This document shows positions 16,426 to 25,735 of a stretch of DNA of 41,153 nucleotides, piece after piece. The DNA is taken from NCBI GenBank assembly GCA_002792495.1, contig PFOK01000137.1, forward strand, positions 1 through 41,153, written 5' to 3'. A program made the translations under genes and the position numbers. Under the pieces are notes generated by a model that did no database searches, was not told the origin of the DNA, and was given only the letters and a program-made list of their open reading frames with translations. The first letter of the stretch is position 1, and every line of letters starts with the position of its first letter. The DNA comes from Candidatus Peregrinibacteria bacterium CG_4_10_14_0_2_um_filter_43_11 (GTDB lineage Bacteria; Patescibacteriota; Gracilibacteria; UM-FILTER-43-11).

Positions 16426-16475
16426 ATGAATATGGTTACTTTTTGTGACGAAACGAAAAACAGGCTAAAATTCGT

Positions 16476-16922
16476 TCATCCCAAAAGCTTGGTCAACTCC
16501 TCTTTAAATTCATCCACATCTTTAAAACTGCGGTACACACTGGCAAAACGAATGTAAGCGATGTGATCGATTTTTTTGAGCATTTTGACGACATCTTCTC
16601 CGATGGTCTGGCTGGAAACGGCTTTTTTGTTGGCACCCCATTTTTCTTCAAGACTGGAAATAAGCTGATCGATCTCCATCTGAGAAACAGGGCGTTTTCC
16701 GCAGGCAATCCAGATCCCCCGTTCCAATTTTTCACGGCTATACGGTTCGTAACTGCCATCCTTCTTTTTTACGAGAAGATTGGAAATTTCCGCACGCTCA
16801 AAGGTGGTAAAACGAATACCGCATTTTTCGCATTCACGACGACGTCGAATCATCTTCCCCTGTTCCGCCACGCGGGAATCGACGACTTTGGTATCGGTGT
16901 TTTTACATTTAATACATTTCAT
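16476..16922 (-). CDS. nrdR: Transcriptional repressor NrdR
   Basis: MKCIKCKNTDTKVVDSR...RRRRECEKCGIRFTTFE zinc ribbon plus C-terminal ATP-cone. Start at ATG 16922. Confidence 0.9.
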   Translation of the reverse strand: MKCIKCKNTDTKVVDSRVAEQGKMIRRRRECEKCGIRFTTFERAEISNLLVKKKDGSYEPYSREKLERGIWIACGKRPVSQMEIDQLISSLEEKWGANKKAVSSQTIGEDVVKMLKKIDHIAYIRFASVYRSFKDVDEFKEELTKLLG

Positions 16923-16963
16923 AATTTTCGATTGATAAAACAATTATAAAACCAATTTGTATC

Positions 16964-16994
16964 CCTATCGGTTTCCCCATTGGCAATCTATTGG
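16964..16994 (-). repeat. CCAATGGG-type motif array (locus 2), minus orientation
   Basis: Minus strand reads CCAATAGA-ttg-CCAATGGG-gaaa-CCGATAGG (plus 16987-94, 16976-83, 16964-71). It overlaps the dgt stop codon and the -35 region upstream of a TATAAT (plus 16943-48) for nrdR. Confidence 0.65.
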
Positions 16995-18103
16995 TCATAT
17001 AAACCAAGTGCAAAATTATCAGTCATACCCGCGATATAATCTTTGACCACCACATGCAACGGTTCTGATTCCGTAAAGGTTCGAATCTTATCAGGAAGCA
17101 GGGTGGGCGTTTTCATAAAGCTTTCAAATAACAAACGAATGACACGCTTCCCCTTGTCATTGTACTCCGCAACCCCGGGGGATTGATAGAAATTTTGATA
17201 AAGGCAATGCTTAAGCTCATCATTCATTCGGCGCATCCCATCGGAAAAACAACAGAGGGAAGTGTCCGTCTTACAAACATCTGCAGCGGTTTGTATGGAG
17301 TGTTCCTGAATCAAGCGATCCGTATTATGTAACAAATCATCCGCCATCAAAGTCACCAAAGAAGAAATCATACCCATCTCCCAAAGCTCAAAAGGCAAAT
17401 CGGAACGCGTCTTGGTTTTTGCAAGTCGCCATAGTTTGAGTGACTCCAAGACATCCGGATTAAGGATCCCCGAGCGCAATCCATCATCAATATCATGATT
17501 CTGGTAAGCGATTTCATCCGCCATATTCACCAATTGAGCCTCCAAAGAAGGCATGGCGGAACTCTCGGAGAGAGGATTGTCGTAAGTGGTTCGATGTTTA
17601 ATGAGCCCGTCAATCACTTCAAAACTGAGGTTGAGGCCGGGATGTTCAACATGTTTTTGTTCAAGAATTTCAACAATACGACGACTCTGCTCATTGTGCT
17701 CAAAGCGATCGCCATACTCTTGCATAAGAACGTGCATTTCATCCTGCCCCGCATGACCAAACGGAGTATGCCCAAGATCGTGAGCAAGTGCGATCGCCTC
17801 TGTCAAATCCTCGTTTAAATTAAGGGTGCGAGCCATATCACGACTGAGCTGTGCCACCTCCATAGAATGAACTAAGCGAGAACGGTAGTGATCCCCATAA
17901 TGTGCCACAAAAACCTGTGTCTTTCCTTTTAGGCGACGAAAAGCTTTGGTGTGAATGATACGATCACGATCGCGCTGAAAACAAGTACGATAAGGATCAT
18001 CGGATTCCGGATACTGACGCCCCTTGGATTGAGTGCTTTTGATAGCGTAAGAAGCAAGCGCGCGCCCCTCCTGTTCTTCGAATTGTTGACGGGTTAATAA
18101 CAT
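16988..18103 (-). CDS. dgt: dGTP triphosphohydrolase-like HD-domain protein
   Basis: FQRDRDRIIHTKAFRRLKGKTQVF, RSRLVHSMEVAQLSR, AHDLGHTPFGHAG. Confidence 0.85.
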   Translation of the reverse strand: MLLTRQQFEEQEGRALASYAIKSTQSKGRQYPESDDPYRTCFQRDRDRIIHTKAFRRLKGKTQVFVAHYGDHYRSRLVHSMEVAQLSRDMARTLNLNEDLTEAIALAHDLGHTPFGHAGQDEMHVLMQEYGDRFEHNEQSRRIVEILEQKHVEHPGLNLSFEVIDGLIKHRTTYDNPLSESSAMPSLEAQLVNMADEIAYQNHDIDDGLRSGILNPDVLESLKLWRLAKTKTRSDLPFELWEMGMISSLVTLMADDLLHNTDRLIQEHSIQTAADVCKTDTSLCCFSDGMRRMNDELKHCLYQNFYQSPGVAEYNDKGKRVIRLLFESFMKTPTLLPDKIRTFTESEPLHVVVKDYIAGMTDNFALGLYDQ

Positions 18104-18157
18104 GTAGTAACGATAATAATTAACTTCTTATGCACTGTAGCACTGCCTCACACTGAA

Positions 18158-19213
18158 TCAAGGCTGGCTCACCAATTCCACCGTACGTGTCGGAAAAGCA
18201 ATCGTGATATTTGCTTCATCAAAAGCGGATTTCATAGCCTTGATCGCCTCGTGCATCATTTCAAAATGAGCGGAGCGGTTACTGGCCTGCAAAATGAGTT
18301 TAAAATTTACATTGGAATCGCCAAATTCATAAAAGCGCACCACGGGCTTATAGGTCGCCACCCCAAAACGTTTGTCTTTCTGAAGTTCACGCCCCACTTT
18401 TAAAGCGATCTTTTCGACTTTATCCAAACGGCTGTTATAGGCCACTCCGCAGGGGACAAGAAAATCCATTTTACTCTGAGGTTCGTTAAAATTAGTGATC
18501 ATGCTTTCCGCCAATTTGGAATTGGGAATCATGACAAGGTTATTGTTCCATAATCGGATCACCGTATTGCGCCATCCTATTTTTTCAACAGTACCGCTCA
18601 AACCATCACCAATTTGGATATAATCATCTTTTTCAATAAAACCATCCGAAACAATTGTGAGACCGGAAAAATAATTGGAAAGCGTTGGCTGAAGAGCCAG
18701 GCCGACTGCCAAGCCGCCAATGCCAAAACTGGCGATCAAGGGGCTTACCGCCAAGCCAAAAACCTGAAAAGCAAAAATCAATGCCATAAAATAAATCATG
18801 GCATTTACTATCTTGCGCAAAGTAATCAAAAAAGCGCCGCGTTTTTTAGTCGTTTTATAACGATGCTCAACCCAGCCAAGAAGAGTGTTACTCAGACCGA
18901 TAGCCAGCATCACTAAAAGTAAAATAGCCATTAATTTTACAACAATCAAAAGCATATCATGATACGACGACAAAAAAGTGACTTGCAATAGCGCGAAATA
19001 AAAACCGCCGATAATGATTCCCCAATAAAAAGGACGCTCAATTACAGCAATCAGTTGATCGTCCATCTTGGTTTTAGTCTTGGCTGTGAGATGAGAAAGA
19101 ACGGCTTGAAATATAAAAAGAATGAACCGGGCTCCGGCCAACGTAATCAACAGAGTGAGAAGAAAATTAAACGTATTCTGATACTGATCGTAAAAAGTCA
19201 AAAAGACGTCCAT
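18158..19213 (-). CDS. Mechanosensitive ion channel (MscS family)
   Basis: Multiple N-terminal TM helices, then GLAVGLALQPTLSNYFSGLTIV...GTVEKIGWRNTVIRLWNNNLVMIPNSKL. Confidence 0.8.
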   Translation of the reverse strand: MDVFLTFYDQYQNTFNFLLTLLITLAGARFILFIFQAVLSHLTAKTKTKMDDQLIAVIERPFYWGIIIGGFYFALLQVTFLSSYHDMLLIVVKLMAILLLVMLAIGLSNTLLGWVEHRYKTTKKRGAFLITLRKIVNAMIYFMALIFAFQVFGLAVSPLIASFGIGGLAVGLALQPTLSNYFSGLTIVSDGFIEKDDYIQIGDGLSGTVEKIGWRNTVIRLWNNNLVMIPNSKLAESMITNFNEPQSKMDFLVPCGVAYNSRLDKVEKIALKVGRELQKDKRFGVATYKPVVRFYEFGDSNVNFKLILQASNRSAHFEMMHEAIKAMKSAFDEANITIAFPTRTVELVSQP

Positions 19214-19319
19214 AACCTTTATATTTTAATGACAAAGTAAGTACTTTTAGGGTAACATAATGACAGTGTCGAAACAACGGAATGAAAGAGTGATGCCATC
19301 TTAAAAAACGCATTAGCCC

Positions 19320-19910
19320 ATGAGCCAAATGAATAAACTTGAAATCCGTCGGCAGATCATCCACATATTATACGGACCACTCCTTGTGATGTTGTACGAA
19401 AAGGCTTTTTTGAATGAAAAAATATTATTGGGGCTCATTCTCATCGGAGCGGGAACTTCCTACATGATCAAACGGAAACAATTGAATGTTGTGGCACGCG
19501 TTCTTTCGTTTTTTGAACGTGATCATCATATGGAAAATTTTCCGGGACGCGGGATTTTATTTTTTACCATCGGCGCTTTTTTATCGTTGATTCTTTTTGA
19601 TAAATCCATCGCTTACGCCAGTATTTTGATGTTGAGTGCGGGGGACGCGATTAGCAATTTAACGGGACGTCATTTTGGACGCATAAAAACACGGCTAAAC
19701 CCCAAAAAATACATTGAAGGAACGATTCTGGGTATTTTATTTTCCATCCCCATCGCATACTATTTTGTTTCCAATATCATCGCGGCATCTGTAGCGTCCT
19801 CTATCGCGATGTTTCTGGAGATTCCGAACATTCGGTTATTTGGGTTTGAAATCGACGACAATTTAATCATTCCATTGGCCGCCGGATTCACATTAAGTTT
19901 ATTCACGTAA
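19320..19910 (+). CDS. Polyprenol/dolichol kinase - phosphatidate cytidylyltransferase family membrane protein
   Basis: Polytopic membrane protein with SAGDAISNLTGRHFGR (GD-x-x-A-x-x-x-G-x-x-x-G). Confidence 0.5.
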   Translation: MSQMNKLEIRRQIIHILYGPLLVMLYEKAFLNEKILLGLILIGAGTSYMIKRKQLNVVARVLSFFERDHHMENFPGRGILFFTIGAFLSLILFDKSIAYASILMLSAGDAISNLTGRHFGRIKTRLNPKKYIEGTILGILFSIPIAYYFVSNIIAASVASSIAMFLEIPNIRLFGFEIDDNLIIPLAAGFTLSLFT

Positions 19911-19915
19911 AAAAA

Positions 19916-20272
19916 ATGAACAATCAAACCTTTGGAAAGAGAGGGGAAGAAGTCGCCAGAGAATTTCTGAAAAAGAAGGAGTACGAAATATTGGCAACTA
20001 ATTTTCAAAAACAGTCCGGCGAAATCGACATCATCGCTAAAAAGAATGGAGAATATGTTTTTGTGGAAGTAAAAACAAGACAGGGGCTGAATTACGGATA
20101 TCCCGAAGAAGCCGTGACTCCGGAAAAAATCAACCGCATAATAGAAACAGGCCTTCAGTGGCTGGAGGAGAATGATATTGAAACAGAAAATTACCGCATT
20201 GATGTGATCGCGATTGAAACCAATAACGGAAAATCCAAAATCACTCATTTGGAAAATGTAAGCATAGATTAA
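19916..20272 (+). CDS. yraN: YraN family (UPF0102) endonuclease-like protein
   Basis: GKRGEEVAREFLKKKEYEILATNFQKQSGEIDIIAKKNGEYVFVEVKTR. Confidence 0.8.
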   Translation: MNNQTFGKRGEEVAREFLKKKEYEILATNFQKQSGEIDIIAKKNGEYVFVEVKTRQGLNYGYPEEAVTPEKINRIIETGLQWLEENDIETENYRIDVIAIETNNGKSKITHLENVSID

Positions 20273-20291
20273 ATCCCTACTTTTTGTAGAC

Positions 20292-21251
20292 ATGAAATCA
20301 AAACAAAAAAATAAAATGGTCTTCGGTCTCAGCCTCATTCTGGCAGGAGCTGTTTATGTGTGGTTCTTTCCGCTAAACAAAGGAACTTTTGAACTGAATA
20401 CCGACCTGGAAGGATACCGCGTGCTGATGGATGGGGAAGAATTGCTGTGTACGTATGATCCATGCAACACACGGCTAAAAACAGGGGAGCATTTATTGCT
20501 TATTCAGAAAGAGGGATATACAACCATCTCCGAAAACATTTGGATAGACCGGGGAAAAGTAACCCAAGTGAAGCCACCACTCAAACGGATCTACATCCTA
20601 AAAAAAAGTGAAACAACGCCTCAGGACAATAAAAAACCGTCACGGGCTATTCCGGACGCATTTGGAAAAAAGGCACTTGCTTACGTCTGGAACGAAGCGC
20701 AGACACGCTTGATTTTTCTGGATAAAACGGATGAACGGATAAAAATAGGGAACGAACAGAAAGTGAAACCCATCGCACTACTAAAAAACATAACCCCCCC
20801 ACTCCATTTTTACTGGTCATCGAATGAAAAATGGCTCCTCGCTCAAAAAAACAATGAACTTTATTTCATTGATATAATAAAGAGTACACGACATAAAAAA
20901 ATCCTCGACTTTGAACCCCAAAACATCACCTGGGGACCGGGAGAAATGTTGATGTTGAATAAGGGAAATGAACTGTTCCATGTCGGCTTCGAAAACCAAA
21001 CCGTGGAACCGGCAAATATGGAAATAAACCTCTCACAAAGCGTATGGAGCGACGATGAGACATTGCTTTATTTTGTATCCTCACCGGAAAAAACAAAGAC
21101 CGAAATAAAGACATACAACCCCGGAACCAACACCATGATCACCCTAACGGTTAAATTTGATTTAGTGGTTAGCCGAATAGAATTCGATAAAACAAATAAA
21201 ACCGCCTATTTCAAAACGGATGATAACGAATGGTATGAATTGAAGTTATAG
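20292..21251 (+). CDS. Membrane-anchored hypothetical protein with a PEGA-like domain
   Basis: N-terminal TM; GYRVLMDGEELL...RLKTGEHLLLIQKEGYTTISENIWIDRGKVTQV resembles PEGA. The rest is unassigned. Confidence 0.45.
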   Translation: MKSKQKNKMVFGLSLILAGAVYVWFFPLNKGTFELNTDLEGYRVLMDGEELLCTYDPCNTRLKTGEHLLLIQKEGYTTISENIWIDRGKVTQVKPPLKRIYILKKSETTPQDNKKPSRAIPDAFGKKALAYVWNEAQTRLIFLDKTDERIKIGNEQKVKPIALLKNITPPLHFYWSSNEKWLLAQKNNELYFIDIIKSTRHKKILDFEPQNITWGPGEMLMLNKGNELFHVGFENQTVEPANMEINLSQSVWSDDETLLYFVSSPEKTKTEIKTYNPGTNTMITLTVKFDLVVSRIEFDKTNKTAYFKTDDNEWYELKL

Positions 21252-21308
21252 AAAAAACAACCATCAAACCGGATGCAGGAAAAGGGGAAACGATATCTGG
21301 GAAACACA

Positions 21309-21758
21309 CTAACGTTTAGCCCACTGTGGAGCACGACGCGCACGTTTAAGACCGAATTTCTTACGTTCTTTAATGCGTGAATCACGAGTGATCAAACCCG
21401 CTTTTTTAAGAACGGCGCGTAAAGCGGGATCATATTCAAGGAGCGCCTTGGCAACTCCATGACGAACCGCATCGGACTGAGCACTAATACCACCTCCAAT
21501 CACAAAAACGGTAATATCGAATGTTTTTTGTAGACTGGTTAATTTTAGAGGAGAAAGGATGTTTCCGATCAAAGTTCCGAAAAAATACTCATCCATCGTA
21601 TGCCCATTAACATTAAAATCCCCCTTTCCGCCTTCGTACAAACGCACATTGGCTATCGCGGTTTTACGTTTGCCATTCGCGTAATAATAACGACCATCAC
21701 GCTTAGGGAAAATTAACTGAGCTTCTTTTTCAACGATGTCTTCTTTAGTAACAGGCAT
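21309..21758 (-). CDS. rpsI: 30S ribosomal protein S9
   Basis: GGGISAQSDAVRHGVAKAL ... RKKFGLKRARRAPQWAKR. Confidence 0.93.
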   Translation of the reverse strand: MPVTKEDIVEKEAQLIFPKRDGRYYYANGKRKTAIANVRLYEGGKGDFNVNGHTMDEYFFGTLIGNILSPLKLTSLQKTFDITVFVIGGGISAQSDAVRHGVAKALLEYDPALRAVLKKAGLITRDSRIKERKKFGLKRARRAPQWAKR

Positions 21759-21766
21759 ATTAAAAT

Positions 21767-22204
21767 TTAAAAGTTAAGGATAGTAGGATTTTGACCGGCA
21801 TGAGGGTGCTCGGAACCCGGATAGATCATCAATCTTTCCAGGAAATGTTTTCTTAAACGGTTTTTAGGCAACATTCCGGAAACTGCCTCTTCAATAACAC
21901 GCTTTGGGTTCTTTTCGCGAACCTCCTTGAAGGGTTTTCGGCGAAGATGCCCCAAATAACCCGTATGATGAATATATTCTTTTTTCTCTTCCTTTCCTCC
22001 GGTCAACTGGACTTTATTGGCGTTAATAACAACGACATAATCCCCCATGTCCATATGAGGTGTAAAAATAGGCTTGTTCTTGCCACGAATAATATTAGCA
22101 ATCTCGGTAGCAATACGGCCAAGTGTTTTACCTTCCGCGTCGACCAGATACCATTTTTTATCGGCCTTCACTTCGACCTTCGGTATAAAAGTTTTAAATG
22201 ACAT
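21767..22204 (-). CDS. rplM: 50S ribosomal protein L13
   Basis: KWYLVDAEGKTLGRIATEIANIIRGKNKPIFTPH. Confidence 0.93.
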   Translation of the reverse strand: MSFKTFIPKVEVKADKKWYLVDAEGKTLGRIATEIANIIRGKNKPIFTPHMDMGDYVVVINANKVQLTGGKEEKKEYIHHTGYLGHLRRKPFKEVREKNPKRVIEEAVSGMLPKNRLRKHFLERLMIYPGSEHPHAGQNPTILNF

Positions 22205-22217
22205 AGAATCGAATGAG

Positions 22218-22571
22218 TTATATTAATTCAATTTGCATGATTCGAGCGGAATCACCAGCGCGAAACCCTTTGTGAGTCAGACGTAAAAACCCGGAATTGC
22301 GATCTTTATAGCGTTCTAACAATTCCTGAGTGACTTTTTTAGTCGCGTTTTCATCAAGAAAAAATTGATTCAGCTCACGAATGGCGGTAGAAAGCTCTTT
22401 TTTCTTGGCAAAAGTAATCATCTTTTCAACAAGAGGACGAACAAGCTTTGCCTTAGCCTCGGTTGTTTTTACTTTTTCATAAAGAATCACTGAAGTGGCC
22501 AAGTTTCTTAACATAGCATTCAGGTGATTAGCCTTCCTATTGATACGTGTTGATTTAACTTGATGTCGCAT
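22218..22571 (-). CDS. rplQ: 50S ribosomal protein L17
   Basis: MRHQVKSTRINRKANHLNAMLRNLATS; located after rpoA. Confidence 0.92.
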   Translation of the reverse strand: MRHQVKSTRINRKANHLNAMLRNLATSVILYEKVKTTEAKAKLVRPLVEKMITFAKKKELSTAIRELNQFFLDENATKKVTQELLERYKDRNSGFLRLTHKGFRAGDSARIMQIELI

Positions 22572-22601
22572 AAGAAATAGTTAACTAAAAACCATAAAAA
22601 A

Positions 22602-23588
22602 TTATAAACCTCCATCGTCGGAAAGCTTCAAGCCACGAGTGGCCAACGCTTCTTCAACTTCGGTCATCGCCTTTTTACCGAAACCACGAAAATTACCCAT
22701 TTGCCCCTCGGAACATTTAACCAATTGTTCAATAGAACCGATACCGGCATTGATAAGCGCATTCAACGTGCGTGGTGAAAAATTCAGGATTTCAATAGGG
22801 GTATAGGTTTCTTTTTTGGACTCTTCCTGCTCCTCATCACGTTCTTTTTCTTTCACGGTCTGAAAATCACTACGGAAATCAGGTTCGATTTCTTCATTTT
22901 CGATCAGAAAAAGATCAAAATAAGATTTCAAAATACTCGAACTGAATTTCAAAGCATCTTCAGGGGTGATAGAGCCATTGGTCTCGATTTCGACAGTTAA
23001 TTTATCCAAATCCGTTCTCTGCCCGACACGCGTGCTGGTAACATCATAACGAACCTTAAGGATGGGAGTAAAAATACCATCAACCAAAATCAAACCGATG
23101 TCTTTTTCTTTTTTCTTGCGAAGAACAACCGGTTGGTAACCGACGCCTTTTTCAGCAATGAGTTCCATCTCGAGTTTGGTTCCTTTTTTGGTAATTGTAG
23201 TAATGCGCAAATCAGGATTCAAAATTGCAATATCACTCGAATGCTCAATGTCCTTCGCAAAAACATCCCCTTCTTTTTTAACGGATAGCTTCATTACTTC
23301 CGTTTCTTTGGAATATTTTTTGATCTGAAGTGTTTTTAAGGTCAAAATAATATCAAGAACACTATCCTGCACACCGGTAATGGGACAATATTCATGTGAA
23401 ACACCTTCGATCTTAACGGCGGTTACAGCAGCGCCCGGTAAAGAAGACAGGAGGACTCGCCTAAGGGCATTTCCCAATGTCATTCCATAGCCGGCCGGTA
23501 ACGGACTGATACTAAAAACAGCATGATTGTCCTTGGTGGACTCAACGGCTATTTTGGGTAAACCTATTTCTTCTTGGATGATATGCAT
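22602..23588 (-). CDS. rpoA: DNA-directed RNA polymerase subunit alpha
   Basis: GYGMTLGNALRRVLLSSLPGAAV (NTD) and LNFSPRTLNALINAGIGSIEQL (CTD); conserved operon position. Confidence 0.95.
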   Translation of the reverse strand: MHIIQEEIGLPKIAVESTKDNHAVFSISPLPAGYGMTLGNALRRVLLSSLPGAAVTAVKIEGVSHEYCPITGVQDSVLDIILTLKTLQIKKYSKETEVMKLSVKKEGDVFAKDIEHSSDIAILNPDLRITTITKKGTKLEMELIAEKGVGYQPVVLRKKKEKDIGLILVDGIFTPILKVRYDVTSTRVGQRTDLDKLTVEIETNGSITPEDALKFSSSILKSYFDLFLIENEEIEPDFRSDFQTVKEKERDEEQEESKKETYTPIEILNFSPRTLNALINAGIGSIEQLVKCSEGQMGNFRGFGKKAMTEVEEALATRGLKLSDDGGL

Positions 23589-23605
23589 AAATATAAAAAG
23601 TTAAA

Positions 23606-24217
23606 TTATCGAGAATAAAATTCGACAATTAGCTGACTATCAATACTTTTTTCAAGGTCATCTTTCTCGGGATAAGAAAGAACTTCTATAATTCCCTTTT
23701 TCAAATCAACATTGAGCCATTTGGGGGAAAAATCTTTCAATCCGGCCAGCTCATGATACAAAGGGCTTTCTTTCAGGCGGGGAACAATTTCAATCTTGTC
23801 GCCGGGACGAACGGAAATGGAAGGAATATCAATACGATGGCCGTTCAGAAGGAGGTGGCGATGAGTGACCATTTGTCTGGATTGCATACGCGTTACCGCA
23901 AATTGCGAAACATAAACCACATTATCCAACCTCAATTCAAGAAGCCTCAAAAGATTTTGACCGGTTTCACCGGGTTGCTTGGAAGCTTTCTCAAAATAAT
24001 TGGCAAACTGGTGCTCAGAGACTCCGAATACAATCTTGGCCTTCTGTTTTTCCTTCAATTGAACCCCGTATTCACTCACTTTCCCAAAGCGTGCCTTGGG
24101 ACCGTGAACACCCGGTTTAAAATTACGACGGGATAAAATTTTGGCATATTTTTCAGCGCCAAACAAATTAGCCCCCATTCTTCGGCATAACTTTGCTTTT
24201 GGACCAGTATAACGCAT
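23606..24217 (-). CDS. rpsD: 30S ribosomal protein S4
   Basis: MRYTGPKAKLCRRMG..., S4 RNA-binding domain RLDNVVYVSQFA. Confidence 0.94.
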   Translation of the reverse strand: MRYTGPKAKLCRRMGANLFGAEKYAKILSRRNFKPGVHGPKARFGKVSEYGVQLKEKQKAKIVFGVSEHQFANYFEKASKQPGETGQNLLRLLELRLDNVVYVSQFAVTRMQSRQMVTHRHLLLNGHRIDIPSISVRPGDKIEIVPRLKESPLYHELAGLKDFSPKWLNVDLKKGIIEVLSYPEKDDLEKSIDSQLIVEFYSR

Positions 24218-24329
24218 AACAGATGTGAAATTTAAAATTTAAGATTACTTTGGGTGCACCGCACCGGATTGTGATACTATGGCACGAGCACAGCTGCGCC
24301 AAATGACCGCATAACTGTGTATTGATGGA

Positions 24330-24719
24330 CTAAACACGTCGGGCTTTTTTCTTGCGACAACCGTTATGAGGTGCTGGTGTAAGATCGAAGATGGCTTCTA
24401 AATCAAGCCCGGCAATTTGAAAACCACGGATGGCCTGTTCCCGACCGGATCCAACCCCATTAACAAACACTTTCACCTTTTCAACATTATAAGGCTGAAC
24501 TTTTTCAATTACTTTTTCAGCAGTTACCGTAGCGGCATAAGGCGTCGCCTTACGAGACCCCTTAAAACCACAAGCCCCGGCACTGGACCAAGCCAATACA
24601 TCCCCATTAGGGTCACTGACAGTGATCAGCGTATTGTTGTAAGAAGCCGTAATGTGAACATTGGCATGAGAAACGGTTCTGCGAACCTTTTTCACTGATT
24701 TTGTAGTCGTTTTCGCCAT
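24330..24719 (-). CDS. rpsK: 30S ribosomal protein S11
   Basis: [45 protein letters not shown]. Confidence 0.95.
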   Translation of the reverse strand: [129 protein letters not shown]

Positions 24720-24745
24720 AAATAATGAATGGATTAATGAGAAGA

Positions 24746-25123
24746 TTAAGTTTTAGTAGCCTTGATTTTACCGCTACCCATAGTAACGCGTCGACCTCGT
24801 TTTGTGCGGGCATTGGTCTTGGTGCGTTGACCGCGAACCGGCAAATGACGCCTGTGACGAAACCCACGATACGAACCGATTTCCTGCAAACGCTTGATAT
24901 TACCGGTAACCTCACGTTTTAAATCCCCCTCAATGGCAAATTTAGAAACAGCATCACGAATTTTTTGCTCATCCGCCTCGGACAACGCTTCAACTTTCTT
25001 ATCAAGATCGATCTTCAAATCAGTTAAGAGTGCGCGGCTAAGCTGACGTCCGATACCGTATATACCGGTCAAAGCCACTTCAATACGTTTACCCTTTGCC
25101 AAATTGATTCCTGCTATTCTCAT
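24746..25123 (-). CDS. rpsM: 30S ribosomal protein S13
   Basis: MRIAGINLAKGKRIEVALTGIYGIG ... RGQRTKTNARTKRG. Confidence 0.95.
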   Translation of the reverse strand: MRIAGINLAKGKRIEVALTGIYGIGRQLSRALLTDLKIDLDKKVEALSEADEQKIRDAVSKFAIEGDLKREVTGNIKRLQEIGSYRGFRHRRHLPVRGQRTKTNARTKRGRRVTMGSGKIKATKT

Positions 25124-25147
25124 TTAAATTGTAATTTAAAATTAAAA

Positions 25148-25276
25148 TTAACCCTGCCTCTGCTTATGCCTAGCGGAAACGGGACAAATAACACGAAGGA
25201 CTTTTCCCTTTTTACTCCCTCGCTTAATAACACGACATTTATCACATATTTTTTTAACAGAAGCGCGTACTTTCAT
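25148..25276 (-). CDS. rpmJ: 50S ribosomal protein L36 (not in the ORF track, below its size cutoff)
   Basis: My translation of the minus strand is [42 protein letters not shown]. Canonical position between infA and rpsM. Confidence 0.9.
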   Translation of the reverse strand: MKVRASVKKICDKCRVIKRGSKKGKVLRVICPVSARHKQRQG

Positions 25277-25295
25277 AATAAAAATGATGAATTAA

Positions 25296-25604
25296 TTATC
25301 CTTCAACCGACTCATCCTCTGAAACGAAACCGGTGTCTAAATTGGAATCGGAAGATTCAAAATCGCTTGCTTTTTTATTTTTATGCCGATAAGTAATTCG
25401 CCCTTTAGTAAGGTCGTAGGGGGTCATTTCAACCGTCACTATATCTCCGGGCAAGATACGAATGTAATTCATTCTGACCTTACCGGAAACATGAGCGATG
25501 ATGGTGTGTCCTTTGTAATTTTCACCAATCAATTCGACACGAAAAGTGGCGTTAGAAAGGGATTCAATGACTTTTCCTTCGACTTCAATAACTTGTTTCG
25601 CCAT
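25296..25604 (-). CDS. infA: Translation initiation factor IF-1 with ~30-aa acidic C-terminal extension
   Basis: [17 protein letters not shown]...[36 protein letters not shown]. Confidence 0.92.
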   Translation of the reverse strand: MAKQVIEVEGKVIESLSNATFRVELIGENYKGHTIIAHVSGKVRMNYIRILPGDIVTVEMTPYDLTKGRITYRHKNKKASDFESSDSNLDTGFVSEDESVEG

Positions 25605-25700
25605 AATTCAAAATAACAAAAGCGGTAAGAGTTTACATGAATGCACTAGGCAAGGCAAGAGATTTTTTTATTTATTTTTATTGGACTGAAATCAGAGGTA

Positions 25701-25735
25701 AAAAAGGCATAAAAATGGAATAAGCCATGCTTATT
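25701..25735 (-). terminator. Putative intrinsic terminator immediately after map
   Basis: Perfect hairpin AATAAGC-atg-GCTTATT (plus 25719-25735) starts right at the map stop. On the minus strand it is followed by CCATTTTTATGCCTTTTT. Confidence 0.5.

Noticed and set aside
21252-21308. Terminator at the end of the r-protein supercluster (after rpsI, convergent with the PEGA gene)
   Set aside because: Only a direct repeat GGGAAAC...GGGAAAC around GATATC is present. There is no stem-loop or U tract on either strand.
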